Below are positions 1-13,566 of a stretch of 64,000 nt of DNA, piece by piece. The notes beneath the pieces are model-generated. The model was not told the DNA's origin. It searched no databases and saw nothing but the letters and a program-made list of their open reading frames with translations. Source of the DNA: Eledone cirrhosa (Eukaryota); assembly GCA_964016885.1 (NCBI GenBank), contig OZ024740.1, forward strand, positions 59,334,001 to 59,398,000, in the 5' to 3' direction. Position numbers and translations under genes: made by a program. The first letter of the stretch is position 1. The number at the start of each line of letters is the position of its first letter.

Positions 1-60
1 GTAAGTATATATATATATGTATATATATTAGGATTGGTGCTCTGAAATAGCGATGTATAC

Positions 61-263
61 ATGAATGTATGTATAGTATATTTGACAATATACCGTATGT
101 TTAATTAAAAACATTTTGAAGACCTTGCGCTAACATTTTTAAAGTAATGACTTCAAAAAAAGTAGTGACATAGTCATTACTTTAAAAATGTTAGCGCAAG
201 GTCTTCAAAATGTTTTTAATTAAACATACGGTATATTGTCAAATATACTATACATACATTCAT
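61..263. repeat. Perfect inverted repeat, 92-bp arms (61-152 / 172-263) with 19-nt spacer, between TA-rich microsatellites
   Basis: The arms are reverse complements as read by eye (ATGAATGTATG...GTAATGACT / AGTCATTAC...CATACATTCAT). Confidence 0.9.
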
Positions 264-266
264 ACA

Positions 267-745
<479 letters not shown>

Positions 746-1194
746 TAAATATATAAATATATGTGTGTGTGTACATATTTGCCAACATATATCAAATGAT
801 GATATATGCACATATATAATTGGCTATTATGTAAATTAAGGAATTTTATATACAATTGGAGTAGTGCTAGTCTTGAACAGAACACCTGCAAAAAAAAAAA
901 CAAATAAAAACACAATGTAGGGGGAAAGTATTGTCTTTAATTTAATTCAACATATTGTCTCAATATTGAATATTATAATGTGTGACAGTTTTTTTAAGGC
1001 ATAGTAACTAAAATTACATTTGCAGAGAAGAAAAACAATTACAGCAGTTATACATTCTTTTGCTTCAAGCTGTTGAAGTGTTTCATCAATACAAACTCCA
1101 CAGTTTCTGTAGCATAAATCTTATTAAATGCCACAAATTAAAGATTTTTTTTAAAACACTGTTAGTGTTTAAAACACAGACTTCCCATTAGAGT

Positions 1195-1545
1195 TGTCAG
1201 ATCAATTTCTTAAAAAGTAGTACAAAATTTTCAAAAAGTAGATTACATGGTGCCTGAATAAGAAACACGATGTTACATGGTAGTGAGACATGAGCAGTGA
1301 ATAAACAAAGGCTAAGAGGGAAATGAAACAAGCATGTTCTGATAGGAGAGTAATGTGGATACATGACTTTAGCAAAGCATAGATGAGCTGAAATGAAAAT
1401 GGGCATAACAGGAATCAAATGCAGTATACAGGAGAGGTGGCTGCATTGATATAGACATATAATTTGTAAGGATGATGATCATTAGATGAAGAAGTACTAA
1501 GTGTTTTAAATGAAAGAAAGCTATAGATGAAGAAGACCATGACAG
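1195..1545 (+). mobile_element. Old degenerate RTE-clade LINE 3' fragment
   Basis: Broken frame reads RLHGA*IRNTMLHGSET*, homologous to RLYDACIRTAMLHGSETW in the younger copies in this window. Confidence 0.7.
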
Positions 1546-1548
1546 GAA

Positions 1549-1920
1549 TCATCATCATCATCTTTCGACTCCTCCATGGGCAGTTGGCTCTCTCTTGACA
1601 ATCCCTTTACACATTGTTCGGTCCTGCATTGCTGTCCCCAGATCCCTTATGTCCAACCCTGAGTCCTGAGATATGGTATCTGGAAAGTCAGTTTTCGTGA
1701 ATAGACACATCCAGAGAGATGCCTCAGAAGGAGAGATGAAATGATTTCTTTGTTGGCTCAATGACAGTGACCAGCAAACTGTATTCTTTTTTGCTTGAGT
1801 CTGAGTGATATTGGAATCAAATCTCCATAGACGGTTTCAAGTGTTGCGTGTGATCTCCAGCTTATGTTTTTGATTCTTCTGAGCAGATTTGTATATGCTC
1901 CATCCAGCAGTCTTTCAAGA
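1549..1920 (-). mobile_element. RTE-type LINE 3' fragment (different family) with (GAT)n tail
   Basis: ORF segment LERLLDGAYTNLLRRIKNISWRSH...LKQKRIQFAGHC is typical of the RTE post-RT region. Confidence 0.75.
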
Positions 1921-2934
1921 TGACAGGAATAGGCAGAGGTGGTGAAAGCTGCTCTCAAGAAAATGAGTGTTACAAAGAAACAAGTGAAGAGATGTGGTAC
2001 TTGTCTAACCCATTTGAGCATGGAAATGCGGATGTAAAAATGGTGGTAATGATGATGATAGTTCTGTTAGAAAGTAGTGCAAGATGAAAATGTTGTAAAT
2101 GAATTAAAATACACACACATACACAAATACATGTGTATGTATATATGTATATAAGGATTTCCTATAGGTTGGTTCTAAATTACATAGTCAATAACTTATG
2201 GTATTCAATACGACTTTTGCTTTTAAATATTAAAACTTTAATAGTTTCTTTCTTATTTTTGTAGATGCTTCAGTATGGCTTTGCCAGGGGTAAAATAATA
2301 AGAGAAAATGTTCTGGTCTTGAAGTTGAATTTTAAGTTTTAAAATTGACAAAGTAGATCCAACTATATCTTATTTCTTAGTTTGATTTTAGTGGAAGTTC
2401 CTCTTGAAAACATACTTTTAACTGTGCCATTGCTTAGTGGTATGTTAGTGGCTATTCTGACAATCTGATCATCCAGGTTCTTTCAGTTGCATCTTTAAGT
2501 GCTGCTGCTTTACACCAAAATTCTGACATGTCAATGGGAATTTTTTGGGGAAATATATTTTTCCAATCAAGTATTAGCAATTTGCACTACTGGTCTTCTA
2601 TTTAGGCAATTTTATAATGATTGGCCAAAACTAAAGGATGGGCTACAAAAACATCTTAATCTTTTGAAGGATGAGGAAGGAGGGGTTGTCATAATCATTG
2701 TTGCCGTCATTGTCATCAATGTAGGCATCGTTACCGCTGCCACCACCAACGTCAACGATGATGACAACAACAACAACAACAACAACATCATCATTTAAAG
2801 TTTGCTTTCTCTGCTAACAACAGTTGGACTATATTTCTAGATATATGGTTGAAGAGTTCTTTGCACATCAGTCTCAAAAACTTAGGCCTCACTTTTGTAC
2901 AGCATTCTCATCATCATGATCATCATTGTACCAT

Positions 2935-4020
2935 GTTCTTGGAAAATTTATTTAGATGAAATTTTACGAAAGGGAATTTCTCAAGTAAGAGGTATTGTGA
3001 TTCAACGTCTGAATTTGTTTCAAGATTCTTACGTTTAGGATGCCAAATTTTTTGTAAGCATAGACAATATTTTTTTAAGTTACTGTAATAATCTATTACT
3101 TCTTTTTGGAACAGTAAATTAATTTTTTTCGTTCAGCACATGTCTCATGAATATTAGATAAAGTTCATTAGTTGCATTTGAGTACAAAGCATGTAATTCT
3201 CTTGGATAATATGTGTTGTAATTAGAAGATGCCTTAAGAAAATGTAATTTTAATGCATTCCTTTTACTATAAATTCTTTTTATACAGTTACTTCTTGCTA
3301 ACCATGATCTTGAAATGAGAATTGTTGATAGGCTTAAATATTTCCATCTAAGATTCACTTCACAATGCTGATTTGTGGAATCTGTTATAAGTTTTTGTCA
3401 ATAGATACTCAACGTTAGAAGATAATTCCCCGGCAGCATGAGAACATGTTAAATAGAAAAAGTGTGCTAAATGCATTTTATGAGAATCAAGTTTGGATTA
3501 TCTAATTTCATTTGTATGGAAAGAGAATTATCAACATTACAAAAGTTCAAAGTTACTTCTATTGCAATAAGAAAACATTTTTTAGTATCAATTCCTACAT
3601 CAGTCAAGAATTTTTTTCATGACTTGTGACTTGGTGGTACAGTAGTTTTTGTAACAGATATTAACTCTAAAATTGTGATAGAATTTTACTTTGTTGTTTG
3701 TAGTAATATTCAACATACATACATTGATGCTTTTCATGAGCAATATCAGTTAATTAATGTAAAGATCAAGGAGACTTGACTATTACTTATGTCTTCAATT
3801 TGCTTTTCAGTAAGGATGAAGCAGTAATATTGTTTTTATTATAAGTGCCACAGTTTCAAATTAACTGCAATTTATGATGAAAGAACTCTCTGATACGTTT
3901 TCTGAAAAGGTTGAAGCTTTAAATACTTGACAAGCTACAGATGTTGCTAACTGTATTTCTAATTTTGCTGAATTTTCACAATCACAATGTTGTGGGTTTG
4001 ATCCTACTGCATGGCATTTC
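2935..4020 (-). pseudogene. Decayed hAT-superfamily transposase (ZNF862-like type)
   Basis: Broken minus frames: AKLEIQLA, TDIAHEKH, NPNLILIKCI*H, SHAAGELSSNVEYLLTKTYN, SWLARSNCIKRIYSKRNALKLHF, NELYLIFMRHVL. These resemble the CxxH and TRWLS motifs of hAT transposases. Confidence 0.6.
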
Positions 4021-4889
4021 TGGCAAGTGTATTTTACTAAGCCTTATGAGTAAAATTAGGTTAAAAGAAACTATGTAAAATCATGTTGGATGAATTGTAC
4101 CTGTAATTCAAAGGTCCTACCTTGTCATACACTGTTTCACACTGATCCTGCCTGATGATTACTTTAAAAGTACACATGACTGTGGAATGCTCAGCCCTGT
4201 ACATACCAATTCAGCAGGTAGTCCAATTCATTAAACACCAATGAATACTCCATTGTTGATAATGATAGAAAACCATTTATTTTACTTCTTTTATGTTTAG
4301 TTAAAGAAGCATGCTTAATTAAATATGTTTAATGAGCTCCAATTTCAACATGGCTCATATTACATCGTTTTATTGATATTGTGTTGTATTTATTTCACCC
4401 AATTTGAAAAGTATGGGTCTGTTATCCATGATATTTAAAACTTTTATCACACTTTGACACTTTCTCATTGAATAAATGTATAAATAGCTATACTTTTCGA
4501 ATAATTGTTCAGCAGTCCATCATTTGACTAAGTAACTGCTATCAACACCTTCTGTTTCACTAGTTTATACTAGGAAGCGTCTACATGTTTGCTTGACATG
4601 CTGTAAATATCAGTAAAAAAAAACCCAATTCCTATCCTACTGTTTTAAAGAGGCTAATATTACAAAAATTAAATTGCCCCTGGATCTTTAAACTAGTATG
4701 TAAATATGTTAATAAACATCTGTCACCCTCCCCACCGACCCAGCCTATCCCTAGAAACAATCTGTTGCCAAACAGTGCTACCAAGAATGTCTTGCTCTCC
4801 AATACTCAATCTTCAAGTCAAACATTCTGTAATGTATGTGAATATCATTACAATATATTATTTATTTTTATCAATATATTGATAATAAT

Positions 4890-5110
4890 ATGGTAGGTGG
4901 CAGTATCAGTAGAGCGTCAGACAACCTGCTTTGCGGCATAGAGTTACAGCTCTTTACGTTCTGAGTTCAAATCCCACTGAGGTTAGCTTTGCCTTTCATC
5001 CTTACAGGGTCAATAAAATAAAATACCAGTAACACACTGGAGTAAATTTAATCAACTTTCCCCTTCCTCCAAAATTGCTGGTCATGTACCTAAATCAGAA
5101 ACCATTATTA
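4890..5110 (+). mobile_element. tRNA-headed SINE family A (Meta-domain-like body)
   Basis: A-box-like TGGCAGTATCAGTAG, B-box GAGTTCAAATCC, body GCCTTTCATCCTTACRGGGTCRATAAAATAAA; many copies in the window. Confidence 0.8.
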
Positions 5111-5499
5111 TCAATATATTTTGAGTTTAAAATTAATTTTACATTTGAAAAGTAGTCACCCCAATGCAAAAAGGATCATAATAATAGTTAATCACTATAA
5201 GCAATAGTTGAAAAAAATCCAATAAAATACTCTTGGAAATGGAAAATAGTAGACATAATAGGCACTTCCATCTACAGTTGCCCTCCCCCCACCATCTCTG
5301 AATAGGTGTCAACAGTTAACTAGCTCTCCAATAGAAGTAATAAGGAGAACAAAAATAAAATGGATGCTATTTGTGATGAATAACATTACAAATTGTTCAC
5401 AATTCTTTCAGAATAAAAATATAAACACAAGTATTAACACATCTTAGAAATGCCTTCAATTCCATCAGTTGGGATATCATCCTCCATTCAGTAAAGGAG

Positions 5500-7190
5500 A
5501 GAGCCCCTCAGCTTTACCACATTGTTTCGCAAGCCTATCGGGAGCACTCTTACTGCTCCTTTGGTGACCATTTCATCCTATCTGCCTCAAGGGTCCAACA
5601 GGGTGACCCACCCAGACCTCTTTTCGCATTGGAAATTAATGATGTCACCAAGATGGCAGCTGACCTGGATTTGAATGACTGGTATCTGGATGATGCTTGT
5701 CTGGGGGGGTCCTCCAGATAAGGTCTTTGCAACCACAAAGACAATGAATGAGGAATCAGTTCATAGCGGCCTTCACATCAACAATTCCAAATGCAAACTC
5801 TGGCCCCTCAACCACCCAGCTTCACATCAGCAGACTGTTAACTGTTTACAGAGTCCTTCCTCTCTATTGCAGTTCCCCCCTCATCAGCATGGTGCTCCCT
5901 TGGAGCCCCAATTACTGACCAAGCCTTTGATCTAAGTTGGCTAACCTTGAGGCCATTGAGCATCACCAAGGTTTTTTTTCTACTTAGGAATTACCTGTTG
6001 ATTCCTAAGTTGTATTTCCTCAGTTAGCAGCTCTTACAAATTATTGTTGTCCCTCCAATGCTTTGATGACTTAATATTCAGTTTGCTTGAGGGCCTGGTC
6101 AATGTTTGACTCTCTTCAGAGCCCTGTGACCAGGTTACTGTGCCTGAATGGTTTGGCAGTCTCAGTCTGCGTAAATGCTCATATTTGTCTCTACCTTGAT
6201 TTCTTTCCTCCATCCATGTTTGTTCCCCTTTAGTGGGTGACATCCTCTCTTTTCCATATGGACTAGTTCAACCAGGGAAATGGATAAAGCTTTACTATAG
6301 TGGAGAGAGCTGGGTTTGTCAATTTCTGATGCAGATGAGGATAGATGGAAGCAGAGTGTATGGGACAGTCTGTGTGCAAGCAAAACATGTAACTCTCTCT
6401 TTGATCATTCTAATTAATTTTCTAGGTGCTGCTTACTTTCTGCAAGTACAAAGTTCTTGGGGGACTGGATTGATGCCTGCCTGTGGCCAACATTGGTGGT
6501 CTTTTCAGTCTGGATGAGCTCCACAATTCCATTGCACTTTGAGTGTGAACCAATGTCTGTGTGGGTCTGAGATGTTGCTGTGGTAGGTTCCTCTACTCCA
6601 CAGATATCCATGATTTGTCCTGCTGCCTGAATGCTGATCACTTTGCCTGCCACACCAAGCTAAACCTAATCATTAAGCAGGCCCTAGCTTAGGTAAAATC
6701 TCCTCAGTTCTGGAGCCAGCTGGATTATCCCGAAGTGATGGGAAGAGACCAGATGGCCTTACATTTGTCCCTGGGTAAGAGGCAGGTATCTCATCTGGGA
6801 TGCCACAGTCAGTGACTCTTTTGCTCCCTCCCACATAATGGATGCCGTGGAAAATGTGAGGGCCACTGCTTCCGTTACTGAACGGAATAAAATCCGATAA
6901 TACCGGGAACTATCAAGCAATTACTTTTTCCAACCTGTAGCATTTGAGAGGTTTGGTGGAGTTGGGCTGCTAACAGCAAAATTCTTGTAATCATTGGCAG
7001 CTCACCTTACCGAGGTGTCAGGTGATACCTGTAAGGTTATTTCAGTGCCTTAGCCTCGCCATCAACCTCATTAATGCAGCAGGTGTATTGGCTTGCCTTA
7101 AACATTTCCATTTACCCTTGTGATGTGAGGCGATGTCGCACTTGATATTGAATTGATGGTTGTTTTTTGTTTTTTTCATTTTTTTCCTTT
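5500..7190 (+). mobile_element. Decayed CRE-like non-LTR retrotransposon (RT + restriction-like endonuclease)
   Basis: Broken frames give SRVQQGDP and WYLDD (RT) and EPAGLSRSDGKRPDGLTFVPW..LIWDATVSD..FQPVAFE (PD-D/ExK-type endonuclease). Confidence 0.8.
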
Positions 7191-7579
7191 CTATTGCTTT
7201 GATTGTTTGCCTTTCATCCTTATAGGGTTGATAAAAGAAAGCAGCAGTAATGCACTGGGATAATTGCTAGCCTTGTGCCAAAAGTAGAAACAATATTTTG
7301 GTGCGTTGTATTTGTAAGGTGCAATAGTTAATTGTATTTATTATGTGTGTTTATATTTTCATTCTGAAAAAATTATGAACAATTTGTAATGTTATTTAGA
7401 CAACTGGGAATGAAATGCGTGTTTATTTTTCCACTACCAATTGTGATGATGTGTCTTGTTAGATTCTGTATATAGACAAAGTGGAATTTACCTAAAAGGC
7501 AATACAATTCAAAGACTTTCAAATAGAATTGTAATAGTAGCAGATTATAGCCCCAATATTTTTATTTAGTCCACAAAGT

Positions 7580-7584
7580 ATATA

Positions 7585-7672
<88 letters not shown>
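7580..7672. repeat. (TA)n(TG)n microsatellite
   Basis: Direct reading. Confidence 0.95.
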
Positions 7673-7675
<3 letters not shown>

Positions 7676-7744
7676 TAGTAGTGAGCAGTCCTGAAAAATA
7701 ATACAATAAACTACTTAAACAAGCAAATTATAAACGTAAACATG

Positions 7745-7905
7745 TAAGTATGTTTTTGAAATGGTGCGCGAGTTTGAAATTAGAAATTAGAAATTATAAG
7801 CTTTCACCGTATTTTAGACTAAAGAAATTTCTAGCCTGATAGTGGGGTTTATAACCCTCTGAGAAATGGAAAAAGATGAGTGTTGCCATACATGGGAGAT
7901 TCTTC
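7745..7905. repeat. Dispersed repeat, diverged copy of the 40208-40528 hairpin element
   Basis: Shares GACTAAAGAAAT, TAGCCTGATAGTGGGGTT and GAGAAATGGAAAAAGATGAGT. Confidence 0.75.
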
Positions 7906-7986
7906 TGATGCAAAATAAATAAATAGAAATGAAAAGGTAGTGGGATGGGGGTGAAATATAAATAAAGAGGACTATCATTTATATAT

Positions 7987-8210
7987 TAACCCTTTCATTA
8001 CTGCATTTCTGTATTTGGATTAATAATTGAACAATTTATAGAAAATTACTAGTTATTTCATTAAGATAGTATTTGTAATATAACTTATCAAAAGATTCTT
8101 ATTTAAAATATAATTGAAAGATTTACTTCAAATAGGATTCCTTTAAAAAGATTGGTTTTATTTTATAGAACCTGAGTCAGTTTTGGGTGGGTTAGTATCA
8201 AAAGGGTTAC
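7987..8210. mobile_element. Old TTAA-flanked (piggyBac-like) MITE; relatives at about 28775-29177, 30021-30436, 32607-32802, 45883-46124
   Basis: Ends TTAACCCTTT...AAAGGGTTA; recurring subterminal GGTATCAAAAGGGTTAA-like motif. Confidence 0.55.
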
Positions 8211-9693
8211 ATGAATTCTAAAATCAAAGATAAAAGTACATTAAAAGGAAGAAATAGATTTAAGTTATGTACCAGATGGACAAATAATGAAAACATTAAT
8301 GCATTTCATATATGTTGCAATGTTAAGGAAAAGCTAGTTGAATGAGAGATGTATTTTCTTTGATAGGAAATTATATACTGATATTCAGAGAGTATATAAA
8401 GTCAGTGAAAATATCAACAGTAATATGATATAAAAATCAAATGGGAATAGGAAGAGGAAATTCAGTTGTAAACAGTATTTTAGTTTGTAGACCATGTTTT
8501 AGTGCTTTATTCTTATACTTTTTGTCACATCTTGATGCTAGTTTGTGTGTTATGTCTTCTTCACTTTGGTATATCTCTATTTATAACTGCATAATACAAA
8601 TATTTACGTTCTAAAGGAGGAAGATAATATAATGAGATGAATTAAGTATACCTACCCCTCTTCTCCCCTCCACCTCTATGTAAGTCAGACTTAATGGTTG
8701 ATGGGAAGAGGACAGATACAAGACAGGTGCAGAATTAAACTGTGATTTATTATCAACAGTTTGACAATGACTCAGATAGATACATTGTATTTACACTCAA
8801 TTCATTTCTTTTTAATTTTTATGTCTTATTTCATTTTCAAACCTAAACCGTGGATAAAAGATTTCTACAGACTTTTTGACACATTTTTTGTTTACCTATA
8901 ATACTTCTAGATAAAGCTGAAAAGAAACCTCCAACTTTATTATTGGCTAGTTGCCTGCCACAGATGGATATTTTATATACCCATTTCATTAACATAAACC
9001 ACATGACTTATTCTCGAAATGTTAATTCTTCTCCAATCCCCAAAGTCATCATTCATGTTTGTGACATCTCTGGTGAACTAGGTATACATACAGAAACTGA
9101 TATTAATATAAAAGCTGTACCAGTAAACTGTTTAGTTTTCTATGTATCTTATGCAATTATCATTTCAGGATAGTTCACAAATAAATCCTACCATTCACAA
9201 GGCAGTATCGTTTTGGAGTTAATGGATTCTGATTTATTTCTGAAACTGAAGTCCTTTTAATGAAAGACAATGTAACAGCAGGCATTTTACCATTTCCAAG
9301 AAACTCCTATGGTTGCTAATAGATATTATAATACAGTCCCATTAGGAAAGAACCTAGAAACTTTTACTGACTATTGTTCCTTTCAGCTGTAAGGCTATTT
9401 ACATGATCTCTTTCACATGTTCTTGTTGTTGTTGTTGCTGTTGTTATTTAACTCCAGGTCAGCCTTGCTCAAGCAGACTTATGAAAAAAGGCAATCCTAC
9501 CTGTAACAATCTCATATTTTCAGGCATAATTTATCTCAAATATGAGACTCACTCATCGATGGATATCTCAATTTAACTTTAGTCAATGGAATGTTAATTT
9601 TTCCTTGTACCTCTGAAAAAGATTTTCATTAATGCTAATGGTTTTTCTAATTATTACAGGTATAATAAAGAGACCATTATTATTATAAATAAT

Positions 9694-9880
9694 AATTGTT
9701 TCTACTTTTGGCACAAGGCCAGCAATTATCTCAGTACATTACTGGTATTTTATTTTATCAACATAGGGATGAAAGGCAAAGTTAACCTCGGCGTGATTTG
9801 AACTGAGACTGTAAAGGACCGTAACTCTATACTGCAAAGCATAGTGTCTGACTCTCTACTGATACTGCCAAACTACCACC
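9694..9880 (-). mobile_element. SINE family A
   Basis: Reverse complement of family A sequence (GGATGAAAGGCAAAGTTAACCTCGGCG..ATTTGAACT). Confidence 0.8.
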
Positions 9881-9882
9881 AA

Positions 9883-10210
9883 GGGCATTTAGCCATAGAA
9901 ATCTAGCCAGAAACAGTTTTATATGAGTAAGACACGGTCACCTGACCCAACTTGATCAAAAGGGACAACCCATCTAATTCATGCTAGCGTGGAAAGTGGA
10001 CGTTAAATGATGATGATGATGATGATGATATTTATTATTTATTATTCTAAATAATAATAATAATAAATAATAAATATCGTCCACTTTCCATGCTAGCATG
10101 GATTAGACGGGTTGTCCCTTTTGAGGCAAGTTGGGTCAGCTGACTGTGTTTTACTCATATAGAACTGTTTCTGGCTAGCTTTCTACAGCTGAATGCCCTT
10201 TCTAATGCCA
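9883..10210. repeat. Tail-to-tail inverted pair of SINE/RTE 3' ends
   Basis: About 9883-10003 is reverse-complementary to about 10078-10198; (GAT)n and an AT-rich quasi-palindrome lie between. Confidence 0.8.
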
Positions 10211-10723
10211 AGATATAAATAATAAATATATGAATAATAAATATATATAGAAACCATTGTTATAGATAGAAACTGAATTCATAACAACTTCTTTTTGGTT
10301 CAATACATAAAGTATGTTAAGTTATACTAAATTATGTTTTTCATGCAGAAGATATCAATGAGAAATTTTTTAATGCCACTATTTTGATTTTCCTAGTCAG
10401 TGAATGCAAAAACTGTATTCTCTTAAAGCTATTCTGTGGTCAAATCTAATAAGTTGTTACCATAGCTTTCAAAGATCAAAATCACTCTCCCACCCTGAAT
10501 AACCATTTAATTTTTAGTCATTTTATATTTCAGAGTTCTTTCCCTTGCTCTTTTGCAAAGAATTTTCACTCACATTAATGTTTTTTTTTTTGTTACAGAC
10601 ATAATTACACTTTGTTAAAAATTATTTTCGAATCATTACATTAAGTATGTTAGCCTGGACTTATCTCAAGCAATATTGTCTTATTTTGCAAGATGGTAGA
10701 GTGTGATTTGAGAGAGAATTAAC

Positions 10724-10866
10724 CAGTGCCCGATGTACCATTGTCCTTAGGTGTGCTTAAGCACAGTGCCCTGTTGGCCAGGGGGGAGGGGGCATCTTCC
10801 TACCCAAAACATTTTTTACAATGAATTTTTCAAATAGTAAGGGGCCTCATAACTTATTCGGCACTG
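10724..10866. mobile_element. hAT-like MITE
   Basis: Terminal CAGTGCC / GGCACTG; 8-bp TSD GAATTAAC / GATTTAAC (7 of 8 match). Confidence 0.6.
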
Positions 10867-11177
10867 GATTTAACTGCTATCTCTAGCATATTGAGAGACA
10901 ATTGTAGAGGTTCCCAGTGTCGGTAGTATCCTAATAGAAACTAGCTCTATTATCTTTGTGGTTTTTGTTCTTGTTATAAATAGATTATTCTCTAAAATGC
11001 TTGGTTAGTATATAAGGGGATAGATTGGCAGAATTGTTGGAGCATCGGACAAATGCTATGTGGTATTCATTACAGATCTTTACATTCTGAATTTAAATCA
11101 CACCGAGGTTAAATTTGCCTTTTATCCTTTCAAGATTCAATAAATAAAGTACCAGTGTACTGGTACATTATTTCAAA

Positions 11178-12158
11178 CTAGTCGAATTACCTGTGCCTTG
11201 CTGCATTTCACACATTTTTTTTTTGTAAGAAAATGATGATTGATTTTAAACTGTGCATTTCAATATTACTCAATGTAAAATGTAATGAATGAAAAATTGG
11301 AAAACATTATTTTTTGTAATATATCAAATCAAAATTACATTATTAAATCTTATTCTTATTTTGTTTCTTGTAAATAATGTTTTTCAAAATATCAATTCAA
11401 AACTTGATCATTTCATTTTTGTGTAAGGCATTATTTTCAAATTAGAAATTCAAAGTTTAATTATTTATTTTAAAACATAATAAATACATGAAATATATTT
11501 CATACTTTGTCCTAATGAAGAACTTCAGGGTAAACAACATTTCTTGTTTTTCTTTGATTGGCTAAAATGTAGAGATTTTTTGAAGTTCCAGTCCTTGAAA
11601 CAGCCACATAAAACATGCCATGACTGAAACATGGGTTTGTCAGATCTATACCAATAGTTTTGAAAGTTTGACCTTGACTCTTATTGATGCTCATGCAAAG
11701 CATTGCCTCATTGGGAACTACAGCCTCTTACATGCAAAAGGCAACTCGCTATTACTTGGTATAAGTGGAATTCTCAGAATGAGAAGAGCTTGACCTTTGT
11801 AAGCACCAAATATAATGATTGCTTCAATCAAGTTCTCATGCAATCTTGTTACAACACATCTTGTTCCATTTATTGGCCAAAATTTTTACTATAGGGGGTT
11901 TAACCCCCATTAGGGTGTCTTGATATTATTGAAATTTGCTGAAATGTTCTGAATAGGCATCATATCTTGTTTACTTTTGGTTTAAATTTCATATGAATTG
12001 AAGGGAAAACATTTTCAGCAGTTGTTTGTACTTATCCAAGTACTCTGGACAATGTAGTTTCAGAATATATATGGTTATGGGGATCTATCTCCAAAACCAT
12101 AGGAGGAGTTTGTGAACAAACAAACACAAACAGAGAGGAACTACAACTTTATATAAAT
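11178..12158 (-). mobile_element. Internally deleted Helitron with PIF1 helicase C-terminal relic (about 11512-11870), nested in a family A SINE
   Basis: NGTRCVVTRLHENLIEA..LRIPLIPS..MSINKSQGQT..CFSHGMFYVAVSR; 3' CTAG terminus at 11178-11181; SINE halves at about 11020-11161 and 12159-12230. Confidence 0.8.
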
Positions 12159-12246
12159 ACTGGAGTCAATTTAATCAATTTTCCCCTCCTGCAAATTACA
12201 GGCCTTGTGCCTAAATTAGAAATCGTTACTAATAGAATATTTTTGA

Positions 12247-12455
12247 ATTGGCAGTATCAGTAGAGCGTTGGACACCACGCTTTTCAACATAGAGTTACGA
12301 CCCTTTATGGTCTGAATTCAAATCCTGCTGAGGTTAGCTTTGCCTTTCATTTTTATGAGGTCAATAAAATGAAGCACCAGTAATGCACTTGGGTCGATTT
12401 AATCAACTTTCCCCTACTCCAAAATTGCTGGTATTGTGCCTATAGTAGAAATCCT
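12247..12455 (+). mobile_element. SINE family A
   Basis: Same head and body as 4890-5110. Confidence 0.8.
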
Positions 12456-12763
12456 TATTCATAAATACTTCCCTTAGATTTTAGCCGGATTATTTTTACC
12501 TATTACCAATTTATTTTTTGTCTTTTGAAATATTTGTTTTTCAATGTTGCCAATATTTTGACGGATTTTTCAGTTTTGCTTAGAACTACTATCTACTTTT
12601 CATCTGCCATCACTAAAGTAGACATACTTTGAGTATTTGAGTGGCTGTGATTCTAAGAATGGTAGAAGCAGAGAAAGGACACAGTTTGATAATAAGCCTG
12701 AGATTAGATGGAATTTGTTTATTATAGTGGGATGGTATATGTATATCACACTGATATAATTTT

Positions 12764-12995
12764 CTTAGATATAATCCAATATTTATTTAACCATAAAAAA
12801 AGCAGCATCTTCTCAGGTATGAGAGCATTGCTCTATCGTAGAGGAGGTGTAGTCCCTTATAAAGATTCAACAACTGCTTAGATATAATCTGATATTTATA
12901 TAACCATAAAAAAAAGTAACAACTTCCCTGATATGTATGCATTGTTCTGCAGTAGAGGTGGTGTAGTCCTTTGTAAAGATTCCATAACTGCTTAG
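12764..12995. repeat. Diverged tandem duplication, 2 x about 112 bp
   Basis: CTTAGATATAATC..TAACCATAAAAAAA..GGTGTAGTCC..AAAGATTC..AACTGCTTAG occurs twice. Confidence 0.85.
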
Positions 12996-13493
12996 CAGAT
13001 TATAAGTATTTTCTAGCACTTAAATGGAAATTCAGTTTCCTTGATACATGTTGAATTTGGTAGCATTTCTTTGAGAAATTACAAAGGATGGTTAGAATCC
13101 CAATAAGGATTACCTGCAGGGTAAGTTAAAGTGAGATTAATGCGAGATTTACTGAAATGGATACAAAATGCTTTTCAAAACAAACAAAAGAAGATTTTAG
13201 GATACATTAAAATTATCAGGATTCAATGGAATTTTTATTTTTTTTTTGTTTTTACTTCATGGTTTATTATAGATTTTGTCTTAGAGGTTATTCTCTTCGG
13301 TTTCCAAAGTCTCTATTTTTCTATAGAATATAGAAACAAGCATATCCATGTGGTTAAAAGGTTCATTTTGCTATCATGTAGGTCCATGTTCAATCCTGCA
13401 CTACCCACCACATTTGCCAACTCTCATCTACCATAGTTTCAGGGTGACCAGTGTCGTGAATGAAATTTAGTGGACATAAATTATGCAAAAACT

Positions 13494-13562
<69 letters not shown>

Positions 13563-13566
<4 letters not shown>

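Noticed and set aside
8911-9173. Possible exon after a pyrimidine-rich AG
   Set aside because: No recognisable protein, no convincing donor site, and no partner exons.
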